From Phoronis australis (lineage: Eukaryota; Animalia; Phoronida): 64,000 nt of DNA. The stretch spans positions 13,999 through 77,998 of the forward strand of contig NMRA01000986.1 in assembly GCA_002633005.1 (NCBI GenBank). Reading direction: 5' to 3'. Shown in pieces: positions 51,506 to 63,245 of the stretch; positions within the stretch are counted from its first letter, which is position 1, and each line of letters opens with the position of its first letter. The notes under the pieces were generated by a model. The model saw nothing but the letters and a program-made list of their open reading frames with translations. It had not been told where the DNA came from and ran no database searches. A program made the translations under genes and the position numbers.

Positions 51506-53146
51506 ATTTATTTCAGTATTTATCGGAGAATCGTTGAAAAATCTGTCTACTTTTGGACTTTTGTTTGGAGAGGGAAGGACTGTCGATACTGGCTTATACA
51601 AAATTTAGTGTAAAACGGTCGCCGTATTTCAGCACATTTGAACTCATGCTTCTAGACAGAAACACTAGGACTCATGCAAATGATATTTTGATTAGGGTTT
51701 CTTGATTTAATGTTGACAGGACTGTTAGTGTGACCTACTGTTCTCCCCCGGGCTCTGGACATCAACGACTGTTGAACAATTAGTTTAAAGCGTAGTTGAT
51801 ACAAAAAGGTCTTTTAATAATTGACATTATTTTGGTAGAGCATAACAATAGCAGGTCCCTGGTCGCGTTCAGGAGTCTTTGTTTCGCTACAATTTTATCT
51901 GCGTTAGTTGACAGTGGAGTACCGCATGGGTGTCTCTTGGCGTAGAGTGTACCTGTTTGTAATGATGATGAGGGGTCTTTATGCATTCACAATTATTCAC
52001 TGATTTAGCAAATTTCATTTCTATTCATTATCAATGAAAGCAGCCGGTTCAGCTAAAGGAAGTCACTTTAAGCTAAAAACTAACTTTAATTTAAGCCACA
52101 GAAGTCTTCATACAGCCGTATCTTTACTGTTCCACGTGTCAATGTAATAATCCAAAAAGGTTTTTTCGGTCACGTGGCAAGAAAATATTGTCCACGAAAA
52201 AGTGTTGGGTTAAAAATATTTATCTGTTGACTTGCAACCCCTTGAAAATATTTCAACAGAGCATAAACATCTCCCACTAACATTGCCCCTACAATAACAG
52301 GAGTGGTTTAACGTAATATGTATTGCGGTGTTGTCTCTAATAGTTCGTAGACTAGTGTACGAACTATTTTTCCCTAGAGAGCTTTGCATCCCAATTAATA
52401 GAGACAAAATCGGTCATACGAAGATGAAAGTCGAGCGTTCGAATTATTTGAGATACAGATCGACGACGATAACAATGAGTGCAACAACGGTCTCCGAAAC
52501 AATGGTTTGGCAATGTAAATTATGTTACAACAAGTAACAAATTTTTTCCCAGGTGAGGGATTTACTTCGAAATATAATTTTTGAACTCTTAGTCACTGTA
52601 TTTTCTTCCCATGTTCGCAAAGTTCAACAAGCATTCCGCTTTCGGTACCTCCGTCGAGAGTATTACACATATATTAGCATATGCAGAGATATCCATACAT
52701 TTAGTACAAATTGTGGAGTACAATAAGTTGTTTCTTTATCATGCTATGTCAGTTTAAGCAACATCAGATTGCGTTACGAAACTGAAATTGAGAAAGTTAA
52801 AGCGAGATGGTTAGTGGAATCATTTTTTTTCTGTACCTGTTAAACAAATATTAGAGATTATCAAACACTTTAGGGAATTCGGATGCACTAGGCGTGGTTA
52901 GTGTTGGATTATAGTTCGAGTGTCTGGAAAATATCTGTATTTTCGTTTTCTGTGCTGTCTAATTGTGTCTAAATTTGTCACCGTTCATGAACAACCCATA
53001 TATCAATATGTATGAGCTAATAACATGAATGCGGTCAAGTTCAAATAATTTCCGGGTTACTGGCAAACCTGAAACTGCTATGACTCCGTAATTATAATAG
53101 TACACTGCGTGATGTGTAATACATACTTTTACGTACTTCTTTTCAG

Positions 53147-56100
53147 ATTTTTAGAGCCATCAAACATGACGACTGTCCTCAGGCTACTGTAATGAACTTT
53201 ATAGAACGTGGTTGGGACATCGACCAGCCACTGGACGAGGAGGTAAGTACAAGTATGCACACATGAGCAATCCGCTGATCTGAAGCAAGCCGTGAAAACA
53301 ACTTTTTGATGCAGCTGTTGCGTTATCAGCTAAAAGTCTCTCTGTTGAATATTTACACACCTATTAAGATTAGTCGATTACGTCAGTTCACGGTCTGTTA
53401 GCTGCAGTTAAAGTTACAAATTCATACACGATTGTTTGTTTTGGCTTTCACGTGCATGCAACAGCCTTCATTTTCTTGAGGTGCGATGGTTGTCATTTAA
53501 ACAAATGCTTTTACACTACAGTATTTTAATATCGTTTTATTGATCGATGCTACTGTCAGATGGAATTTGATTTTGCTCGTGGTGTTTTGTCATTAATTTG
53601 GTTATTTTTCGATTTTTGTTAGCGAGGGGTCCAAGTTGCAGTCCCCAGCCTTGAATTGTAATACTGACACAGTTTTGTTTTGAGGCTAGATTTTTTTGCT
53701 TTGTTTTGTGATATATATATATATATATATATACTGTACATAGTGAAATTGATCGTACCGTTAAATAGGACATCCTTTGCAACCAACGATTTTTGTCACA
53801 CCTCCTGTTACGCACCATCAAAATAATACATTGAACACGGTAAACCATTTTCTTCCATGAATTTAGACAAATACATTATTTCAAATTAGAACCCCGAGTT
53901 CGAATTAAAATTATTTCTGAGCAACAAGTTAACTGAGATTATCGTAGAAGCGATGCAGACGGTGATAAGCAAATTATAAATAAATCACGAATATAGTTGT
54001 TTGTAGTCAACCTTAATACATTACAAAACACAGATACGTTGAAATCATGAAGGAGTGATACGTATACAATTTATTACACAATTTGTATAAAGACAAGTTA
54101 AGATAATCAATGATTACAATGTTGTTGTCATTCGCCTAGTCAGGAGAACAAATCATTAAAATTTTGTATTTATCAATATGCCATGGAATGCTTTTAATTT
54201 TGCCCTTCATATCGTCGACGGCCTCTAGGGTCCGCAACAACAAATAACGCACACGATCAGTGATGTTTGAAACTATTACAATTCGACCGATATAGGCAGA
54301 TCCATTGCGGCAAAAGCGAGAAAAATTCCGAAAACTGTTGGTTAACTTTTCAGAGTTTATATTTATGCTGATCTCAATCTTTTCAGAATAAATTCCCCTC
54401 ATAGGACATATCTTAAAAGTCCCGAAAAAAGCCGCAATAGGTTGATAAGGATTTGAATTGTGATCGACGGGCTTAACGGTGAGGTTCAAATGACATATTT
54501 TCAAATAGATAAAAGTTTAAGAAAACAAAATATGTGCCTGTACATGAAGGTCTACTGTTCTATGACATACCCTTTCACGAGTTCAACGAATTATTTATAA
54601 GCGTAGTTCACGACGTGAAAGCTGGAACAGTACTCTTTATCCGTCACGTACTTTCCAGTAACTATTGTCAAATGGAAGTATGTAATCGTTAAAAAATACT
54701 CATGACTCTTCTAATAATAAACTGCTATATGACTGTCTTCATTCTCGTTAAAGAAGAAATCATAGATAACTATGAGGGCAAACACCCTCCAGCTGTTTCC
54801 TCTCTAAATTTTGCCACTCAAACGACTGAAAATATCTTGTCGAAAAACTATTCAGCGAAAATTTCTTTGGAGGCATGAATCGAATTGCTATTAAACATTC
54901 ATAGAAAACGGTTCTTTAAAAAGACGACTTTGCTGTTAAGTAGAATGAGAATGTGGCCTTCCATGAAAAACGAAATGTTGAATGAGATATTTTATTAAGT
55001 CGTCTCTAACTTTCTGTTACAAAATAAAAATTGGAATCAATGCCGAAACACACCATTTTAAACTGCTGCGCGTAAAAGGAGTCAAACGAATTTCAACGAA
55101 ATCAAATTGCAGCCACTTTTAATGAGATTGGTAATGTTGTCCTAATTGGATGCTTGTGATAAGGAAATGCCCCTTTAAATAATATCCATGAACGGCAAAT
55201 GTATCACATTATCGCGTGTACACGTGAAACCTCGCCGGCAAAGCACTCTTTTTAAGACCAACGCTTCGCCTGGCCAGACCAGTGCTTCGTCGTTCCAAGA
55301 TACAGTAGCCTACTGCAGTTTTGGTGTTGCGTCGAAATTGACCTATCGCCAGGATTATGACGGACGGCTTAATTGACCAATCAGAACGCAGCATTCTTGG
55401 CACATCTTCGTCTGCATTTCCAAGCCGCCATTTTACCCGACAAACCACACGTATAACTTGCATTAGTCTATAGCTCAAGAAATTGTCCGCAAAGAATGGG
55501 GAAACGGTGTTGATATGGCGTGTGTAGCACCGACATCCGTTATGCTGCTCCAGAATAATATCCCGTCATCTTTTAGCATGTCAGTGGCCGAAAAATGATG
55601 TTGAAAAGCGTAAACTATTGCAAACTGTACGGCCACACGAGCAGCTGAACTTAGCGATGTTGCTTGCTAACTCGAAGGCTATAATAAACACAAATATATT
55701 AGTTCCAAGATACGCACTTTTCAGCTTAGTGACTATGGTGCAGGGCTATCTCAGATTTTGACTCACGAGGTTCCTATGTCTGGCCGCCTTTGTCTCGGCA
55801 CCTACTGGATCTCAGCACTCTAGTGGTAGTCCCCCGAAGTTGTTTTCAAGGACATTTTTCTTTTATGTTTTTTTATTTATTTCAACCTAATAGACATTAT
55901 TTTGTTTCGTATCAGAGGTACATTTTTGTTATTCATAAACCCGTAGGCTGGCGTTCAACTGAACTTTTCTCCCGGTCAAAATTCAGAGATTCGATCGGCA
56001 CAGGTAGTGGCACTGGATTACTGCCGGAACACAAAGCCTTGGTCGAGCTGTTTTCACTAAAAAAATGTTGAATTACTCTTTGACGTGTCACCTCTAGTAT

Positions 56101-59100
56101 ACACTGTGTCTGTAGAGTTAGACAGAGCTCATTTTGAAGTTGTTTAAACATGATATTTAGATTTATGAAGCTTTAAAAAAAAATTGAGTTATTTTTGTAA
56201 ATACCCTATTTTTGCAACTACCACACCAGACTTGTAATCTTTTGTAACCATACCACGACATAGTGATCATGCTACCTTCAAAATTAAATGACAGCTAACC
56301 TTATGGAATTAAACTACAAAAAATGCCAAGTTCATAAGAAGGTAGGCCTAATTTAAATGTCTTAATGGTGCAAACGGCCAATTCCATAGGCGGACTTAGG
56401 AGGGGGCAGGGGCCCCAGCCCCCCCCCCCCCTCCTTGGCTGNCCCCCCCCCCCCCCCCTTGGCTGCCGCAAGCAAAATGAAACAGCAAGAGCGTGAACCG
56501 TGAGGAAATATTGAGTCCAGTAATTAGGACCGGTAGCGGAAGACGGGGGCTCAGACCCCAGATCGCGGCGGAATCGTGTTCCTGTTTTCTTTAGTCCACT
56601 GATAGATTTTCTGAACAGAAAGTCCAAAGGTCTACATCCCCGGCCCCTGCAACTTTCGGGCCGCCTGTGCACATACAATCGCACTTTGCCCAATTCCACG
56701 AGGCAACATGTTGGGTCCCCCTTGTGGTATCCTAGATCCGACACAGAATTCCAGACGTTAACTGGACTTACATGTAGACACAGCCCTGGACCTACCGGAG
56801 CTCACTGTTTGCCTAGGACAAGATGAATGTGTACCTGAGCTATGAACCTGAACTTTTTGATCAAAATATTTCGTTACAAGATTAGAAAAGCCTAAACAGT
56901 GCTATCGAGTCGACTTAGTCAGAGACTATAGTGCATGTGTTGTCTGTAATCTATGACCTATTTACTCCAGGAGTCCCACCAGTTGTGACCTAGTTTTCAT
57001 TTTGCGAAATTTAGCAGGCGACAGAATAAAAATGTCGGTGAATCTTCACTGATTTTATTCGAAAGATCATGAAATCTATGGAATCGTACAGATAATTCGA
57101 CTTTAAGGTACATACCCAGCTTTACATGAACATGTGTCAGTTACCTTGTCATTTGTCAGGTGACGGTTGCCCATAGGCCGAGGGGTTCTTCGCATTTTCG
57201 CTGGCTCCTCGAGCCATTTTTTCATCGTCACTTTTACATATTCCCATATCATGAACGTACGATTCTCTGTTGAAAAGCATCGCCTCTTGTCTCTGTCGAA
57301 GCGTTTTCAAATAGTGCAAAAACACTCATCGATTTTACCAGGAACGTCGTTTAGCGACAGTGTATTTTCCTCTGACATCTCGTTCGATTGTCGGGTATCA
57401 CGTGACTATTCGCATAGGGGCGGAGCTTGCGATAGGTCAATTGGAACTGCAGGATTGATTGATGTTCTGTACAGAAATCAGGATAAGAAGAATGGTTTTG
57501 AGAAAATGTGTTGAGAAGGCTTGATGTTTTGCCAGTAATCTTTGCCTGATAGCATTTTTGTTCGGTGTCATTGACATATTGAATGTGTTCCCCATCCGTG
57601 ACCGCGTTCCACAGTCAGTCTATTAAAAATTCTCCAACCGGTTTTTCTTGAAACTACTTCATACATCAGTCGCATTTTGATATTAAAATCAAAATTATTT
57701 TGTACCTCCGGAAAAAGTGAGACTGAATTTCATAAGTAAGTTTGACGATGCTTTTCATTTGCTGCGTCCAGCAGGGATTGGTTTCGGATAGATCTGCTAA
57801 CGAAAACGAACAGGCGACCGCAAAAGTTTTACCCATGTAATGGCAGCTTTAGTACATTGACTTCAACCTTGTTGTCTATTTACATACTGTTTTGTGTCAA
57901 AAATTATTTTAAGAATAGCTAAATTTCGTCCTGTTTAGCTGTCTAAAAAGTAAAGCAGAATATGAATCGCTCGTGAAATTGGTATCTTAAATGGTGTTAT
58001 CAATTGTGAGCATCAAGGTCACGTTGAATAAGAGTGATAGCCCGTCTTAAAATCAACTAGTCGTTCGGACTTTGACATAAGTGTCAATATTTTTAAAGAA
58101 CATATACAACGTCTTTGCTCAGAGAAACACTATTCACACTGGCAAACATAGCACAATGGCGACGATACCTCGTTCGTATTGTCGTGATCCATTCGAACCA
58201 CAGTTGATAAACTACCTGGTAAACAGAGAGTAGGTTTGTTAATTTAATGTGCAAATGTGTCATTTCAACGTTTTCGTGGTGAGTAGTTAATATTCACGGT
58301 GAAATTAGTTATTGTGACTGTTGTTGCAACTTGTTCATTGTTTCTGCAGAGCCGCCGGACAGCACTACACGAGGCAGCAGTGTGGGGCAAAACGGAGGTG
58401 GTGAGCCTGCTGCTAGAGAGTGGTGCCCATGTAGACGTGCGAGATGGGGTAATAGAAACTACTTGGGACGATTTAAGAATTAAGACAATAATGTCTTTGT
58501 TACAAAAGTTGTAGGCTATCTGAAGTTTACCAAAGTATGTTGCGAAAAGACACATTTTATTGCACGTGATTTCGACACGTATTTTTCAATCTCTACCCAA
58601 TGCATGCGTCCTAAGAAACAGTGAGGTTTGAATCACGTCTACAACATGTTTGTCAGCTTCACCTTGATTCATTTTGTCCATTCACCATTACGACTTTATA
58701 TTAAACAGGAAGCCAGTAAAGATGTGTATAAACACAACATGGAGGTCTAGCTGAGGAGTTATGGAGGCGCTGAGTAATTTCTTGTAGACGTCGTCTACAG
58801 AATGTTCTGTTGTTACTGCAACATTTTAAAATCACATGTGAAAATTCATTACAAGTATTGTAGTGTCTTAGAGGGGTCAGTAATGTTTTATTTATGTAAC
58901 CTTACAAGTTCACTTTCCCCGTGTATGTTAATTTGTTCTAAACGTTCATCGTCCATTCACACATCTCCATTATATATTACACAGGATGGCTGGACACCGT
59001 TGTACTGGGCAGCACGGGGTGGTCATACACAGACAGTGGAAGTGCTGTTGGCCAACAAGGCCATTGTAGATGTACATGTACGTGATAAGGTAAGTAATTA

Positions 59101-60019
59101 AACACAGGTTGTTTGGTTGAACTAGTTGTTTACACAAAGGATTATAAAAACTTTGAATGACATTTCGTTGATATTTTTTCACCATTTTATGTTTGTAAGC
59201 AAGGTCAAGTTAAGTGTCGTATGCTTTCCGTAGAAGAATCCTCAAAGACAGAATCGCTGAGCAGGCTCCGTAGAGTGTCCTAAAACTATGAAATCAGTAC
59301 AAGTATTGCAGCAACGTTTTAAAGTCACATGTAAAAATCATCACAGGTATCTTAGCGTCTTAGAGGAGTCAGTAATATTTCATTCATGTCACTTTACAAG
59401 TTCACTTTCCCCGTGTATGTTAATTTGCTCTAAACGTTGATTGTCCATTCACACATCTCCATTATACATGTATATTACATAGAGGGGGCGGACACCGCTG
59501 TACTGGGCAGCACTGTATGGTCATACACAGACTGTGGAGGTTCTCTTGGCCAACAAGGCCTGTGTGGATGTACGTGATGAGGTATGTAATGACACACAGG
59601 TTGTTTGGTTGAACTAGTTATTAAAACAGAAGAAAATTGAAACTATAAAGTAACATTTTGTTGATATTTTTCACAATTTAATGTCGCTAAGCAATGTCCA
59701 ATTAAATGTCGTCTGCCTTACATGCTTGAGCATTCAAGGACTGGAAACACTGAACACGCTGTGTTGTTTGTTCTAAAACTATCATTACAAGTATTATAGT
59801 GCCTTAGATGGGTCACTAATGATACATTTATGTCAGTTCGCAAGTTCACTTCCCCCGTGTATGTTAATCAGCTCTAAACGTTGATCGTCCATTCACACAT
59901 CTCCGTTATATATTACAAAGGTTGGCCAGACACCGCTGCACAGGGCAGCATGGGGTGGTCATAGAGCCGACGTACAGTGTCTCATCCAACACGGGGCCAA
60001 CGTTAATGCCCGTGATGAG
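53147..60019 (+). CDS. Ankyrin-repeat protein, 5' part; exons 53147-53242, 58350-58448, 58985-59089, 59483-59581, 59921-60019 (possible start exon 52475-52504 MSATTVSETM); probably continues beyond the window
   Basis: All introns phase 0 with AG/GT. Exons read IFRAIKHDDCPQATVMNFIERGWDIDQPLDEE | SRRTALHEAAVWGKTEVVSLLLESGAHVDVRDG | DGWTPLYWAARGGHTQTVEVLLANKAIVDVHVRDK | RGRTPLYWAALYGHTQTVEVLLANKACVDVRDE | VGQTPLHRAAWGGHRADVQCLIQHGANVNARDE. Confidence 0.92.
56385..56746. mobile_element. GC-rich hAT-like MITE; its right end is related to an element starting at 63398
   Basis: Left CATAGGCGGACTTAGGAGGGGGC; right end reverse-complements to CTGTGTCGGATCTAGGATACCACAAGGGGGACCCAACAT, matching CAGTGGCGGATCTAGGATATCACAAGGGGAGCCCAACAT at 63398. 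Confidence 0.55.
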
Positions 60020-60060
60020 GTAATTAATGACAAACTGGTCGTTTGGTTGAACGAGTGTTT
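58810..60060 (+). repeat. Three tandem intron+ankyrin-exon units (~440-500 bp period)
   Basis: CAAGTTCACTT.CCCCGTGTATGTTAAT...TCTAAACGTT.AT.GTCCATTCACACATCTCC precedes, and GTTTGGTTGAAC follows, each of the three exons. Confidence 0.92.
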
Positions 60061-60132
60061 ATACAACGAGAATGAACGTACAACGCGTGGCTAGGCTGAA
60101 TCAGTATTCGATGATTTAATCAATTAAACACC

Positions 60133-60836
60133 GTTTACATGCGTCCACATATTTATATGTGGACGCATTATGCCGTCCGTCCGGGCGGCGTCCGTCCGGC
60201 GTCCGGCGTCCGATGTCCGGCGTCCGCTGCTTTATCTCCAAAACCCTTTGACATACGTTCGTGAAATTTGGCACCTACGTTCCATTGGAATGGGACGGCA
60301 TGTGCAAACTTTTGGACGGATCTGACTACCGGTGTGCCCCCTGCTGTGGCAATTTTAATTCTTTACGCTTACCTTTGTATCTTCAAAAGTCCTGAACGGA
60401 TTTTCATGAAATTTGGTATGTAGGTACCTATTAGTGAGATGAGGCTATCCTCCCGTTTTCAGATGGATTTGACATAGTTTGCGCCACCTAGTGGCCATTT
60501 TTGTTGTTTTCGAATCTGTCTTTGTGCGTCCACCCCTCTATCAACCAAACCGTTCAAAGGATGATTGTGAAAATTGGCATGTATACATGTATGCTTACTA
60601 TGTAGAGCACGGTTGACGATGATTTTCAGACAATTTCGACCACTGTGACGCGTCCTAGTGGCAGTTTTGTTTTTTTTTGCCCCTATGGCTGTATCTCCTA
60701 AACCGTTCCCAGGATCTTTACGAACTTGTGTAAGTATATTTATATGATGTTAACAACGGAAGATGACGACTTTTGGACGGATCCGACTGCCAGTGTACCC
60801 CCTAAATGCAATTTTAGTTTTTTACGCTTACCTTTT
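60133..60836 (+). mobile_element. Helentron-associated non-autonomous element (HINE / DINE-1 / pearl-like)
   Basis: Perfect hairpin ATGCGTCCACATAT-TT-ATATGTGGACGCAT (60139-60168), then a GTCC/GGCGTCC microsatellite, then four ~145-160 bp tandem units starting TATC...AAA.CC at 60234, 60378, 60539 and 60692. Confidence 0.8.
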
Positions 60837-60849
60837 GTTGATGTGCTAG

Positions 60850-62147
60850 CAGTGAAAGGCATTCTGTTCGGTTAGGAACGTTGAATGCGCGACACAGTGC
60901 GAGAACGCGGTCCAAGGATAATACTAGTCTGAAGGAGGATAATAGTTTTATTACATACTCTTCTACTGATACTACTGAGTCTGTTACAATCCATGCGATC
61001 ATACACTTATATAGTGACATACATGAATCATAACAGGATAAACTGAACAAACATGTTTACTACAATTCCTCATGTTGGGGGTGTATTACATAATGGTTAA
61101 TTCTCTGAACTACTCCTACACATGCACTCACTGGGATATGAGATCATACTCTAACAACTTCACATATAGTCTGCACAAAAGTTGTTCAGAATTTAATGGA
61201 GATTTTCACCATATTGCCTTGGTGTAAATAATTCTATAAACTTTTAAACTGGACATCCTTTTGTTTTTATCTGTTTTTGCACATGAAAACAATATAGCTG
61301 ACACTCAAAAACCGTAATAAGCATTTTTAAAATGGAATTCATGGGATTTGCATGTTTAATAAAGCAGATTTATTTTCTGTAACATCACATCTACAAACAA
61401 GAATGTACAGTATATAACATACCTCAGCTTTGCACGATAACAAATTTATGACTGGTGCAGTCGCTTGCTAAAGTCTGTTTTGAAGTTCACCTTGGTGTGC
61501 AAAAACTTGAAACACGGGTGGGGACACAAAGCTATTCTGTAAAAAATTCACAAAAGTATCTAGCTCTGAATGAGTTCAATCATGTTTCAGAGGCTCTGTA
61601 TTATGCGCGAAGGGCGTTAGCCAAGCATCGTCGTAGGCCCGTCCAAGTTCAGCTTCAGGGACCAGTAACTCCTCCAAAATTGCATTGAGATCCGAATCGA
61701 TAGAGTCTGCATTACTTGTGATTGTTGTATTAGTTTCCCAGTCACTGTCACTGTCACTTTCGAGTGCCAATTCCAGCTCGTTTTCACTATCGGAGTACAT
61801 GAATACTTCCTCGAGAAACTGGTCAACAGTCATCTTACCATGTCTGGCACCAGCCAAGATGAAACTTGCATAAACTTTCAAATATCTCGGCAACAACTCA
61901 CCACAGCCATATGTTGTAAATCAGAAAAATGTACAGGAAACTATGAACTGTTGAATGCGCATGCTCACATGTGTAAACAGCATGCAGGGTTTTCACAATT
62001 TCTGAATGAAAAACACCAGTGTCCTGGGGTGAGTACACCCTCCTTGCGCAGTCTAGCCTTAGCTTATTATAGGCGATTGAGTACAACCAACGCATTTAAA
62101 CAGGATAATTGGCTTGTCGGCTGACCTCGCCTAGCGCAGGATAAGGG
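60850..62147 (-). mobile_element. piggyBac-like transposon remnant (one terminus plus decayed transposase N-terminus)
   Basis: TTAA|CCCTTATCCTGCG terminus on the minus strand (TTAA 62148-62151); acidic N-terminus MTVDQFLEEVFMYSDSENELELALESDSDSDWE...WLTPF...P followed by SELDTFVNF, as in PGBD-type transposases. Confidence 0.7.
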
Positions 62148-63169
62148 TTAACAGTTTCGGCCCATGCCTTGGTCATCAAAATATTGTCCACTATTTTTTT
62201 TATTGCAAAACAAAGTACTGAGCTCAAAATTTATGTTGAAATTTTTGATTAAAGCATTTTGAATTTATTTGAAGACAATTGAAATACTTGAATTGATAGA
62301 GAATGGCCACCAATAAAGTAAAACATTGACTTTATTTCACTATATTGCATTTGTTACATACAACACAGCATGACATAATCAAAAATAAAAGAAGAGATTG
62401 AGCAATAAAATTCAAATGCAACTTGGGCATTTATTTATTTATTTATGATTGCAGAAGCCTGTTAAAGATGAGAAAAAATCAAAAAATACGATTATGGGTA
62501 ATATTAGAACAAGTGTATTGAGATTCAATGATCAACTTGTGCTGACAAAGTCTCAAAGGGTTATAGTTCTGTTCTGGCTGACAAGGTGTTAACAGAGAAT
62601 GAAGATAAACTGAAAAGAAAAAGAAAGACAGCAGAGATAGTGGTGTTAAGTACAACAAGAGCAAAAAGTCAAATAAAGAGGTCACAAACAGAAAATAAGT
62701 AAGGTCTATCTGGAATAAAACAATCGCGATTTATTTTCCAGAACTGAAATTCTAAATCAATTTTAATCGATTTAAAAATCGGTATTATACTAGTAAAGCA
62801 GTTTGTGGTTGAAGTAGAATTGCTGTAAACCACTTTCCACTATTTTCTTGGCCTTTTTCTGTGTGGTTTTCTGTTCTTTCAAAAGGCGGCAGCATATGAC
62901 AACCATAGGAGTCATTATAAAATGGCTGCTGAAAAGCAATGCACAGTTGAACAACTCGGCATAAGTAAAAGAAAACGTTTGAATCAACGTATACTATATA
63001 TTTGTGAGAGTGAAATCCTATTCAGATCATAACTTTGAAGTGGAATAATTGGGTGAGTGTGATAAGCAGGTTTTATGCTTAGGCGGACGACCATTGGGTT
63101 CCCGAGTATACTGTAGATTAGTGGGTAAACCAACTTCTAGGCCTTTGACTGTGTTAGCTACTTAACTTA

Positions 63170-63245
63170 GCCACTCACTCGTTAATGGTTTGCATGCTTG
63201 CCCATTTTATCGGGATCGCTGGTGCGATTCCCGGGTCAGGTAATC
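63170..63245 (+). mobile_element. Degenerate tRNA-derived SINE head (a second possible one on the minus strand at ~63650-63716)
   Basis: A-box-like TAATGG and B-box-like GGTGCGATTCCC at tRNA spacing; no intact cloverleaf. Confidence 0.3.

Noticed and set aside
56411-56470. Duplicated poly-C/CCTTGGCTG block; G-quadruplex candidate
   Set aside because: Straddles an N at 56442 in a homopolymer; assembly artefact inside a MITE.
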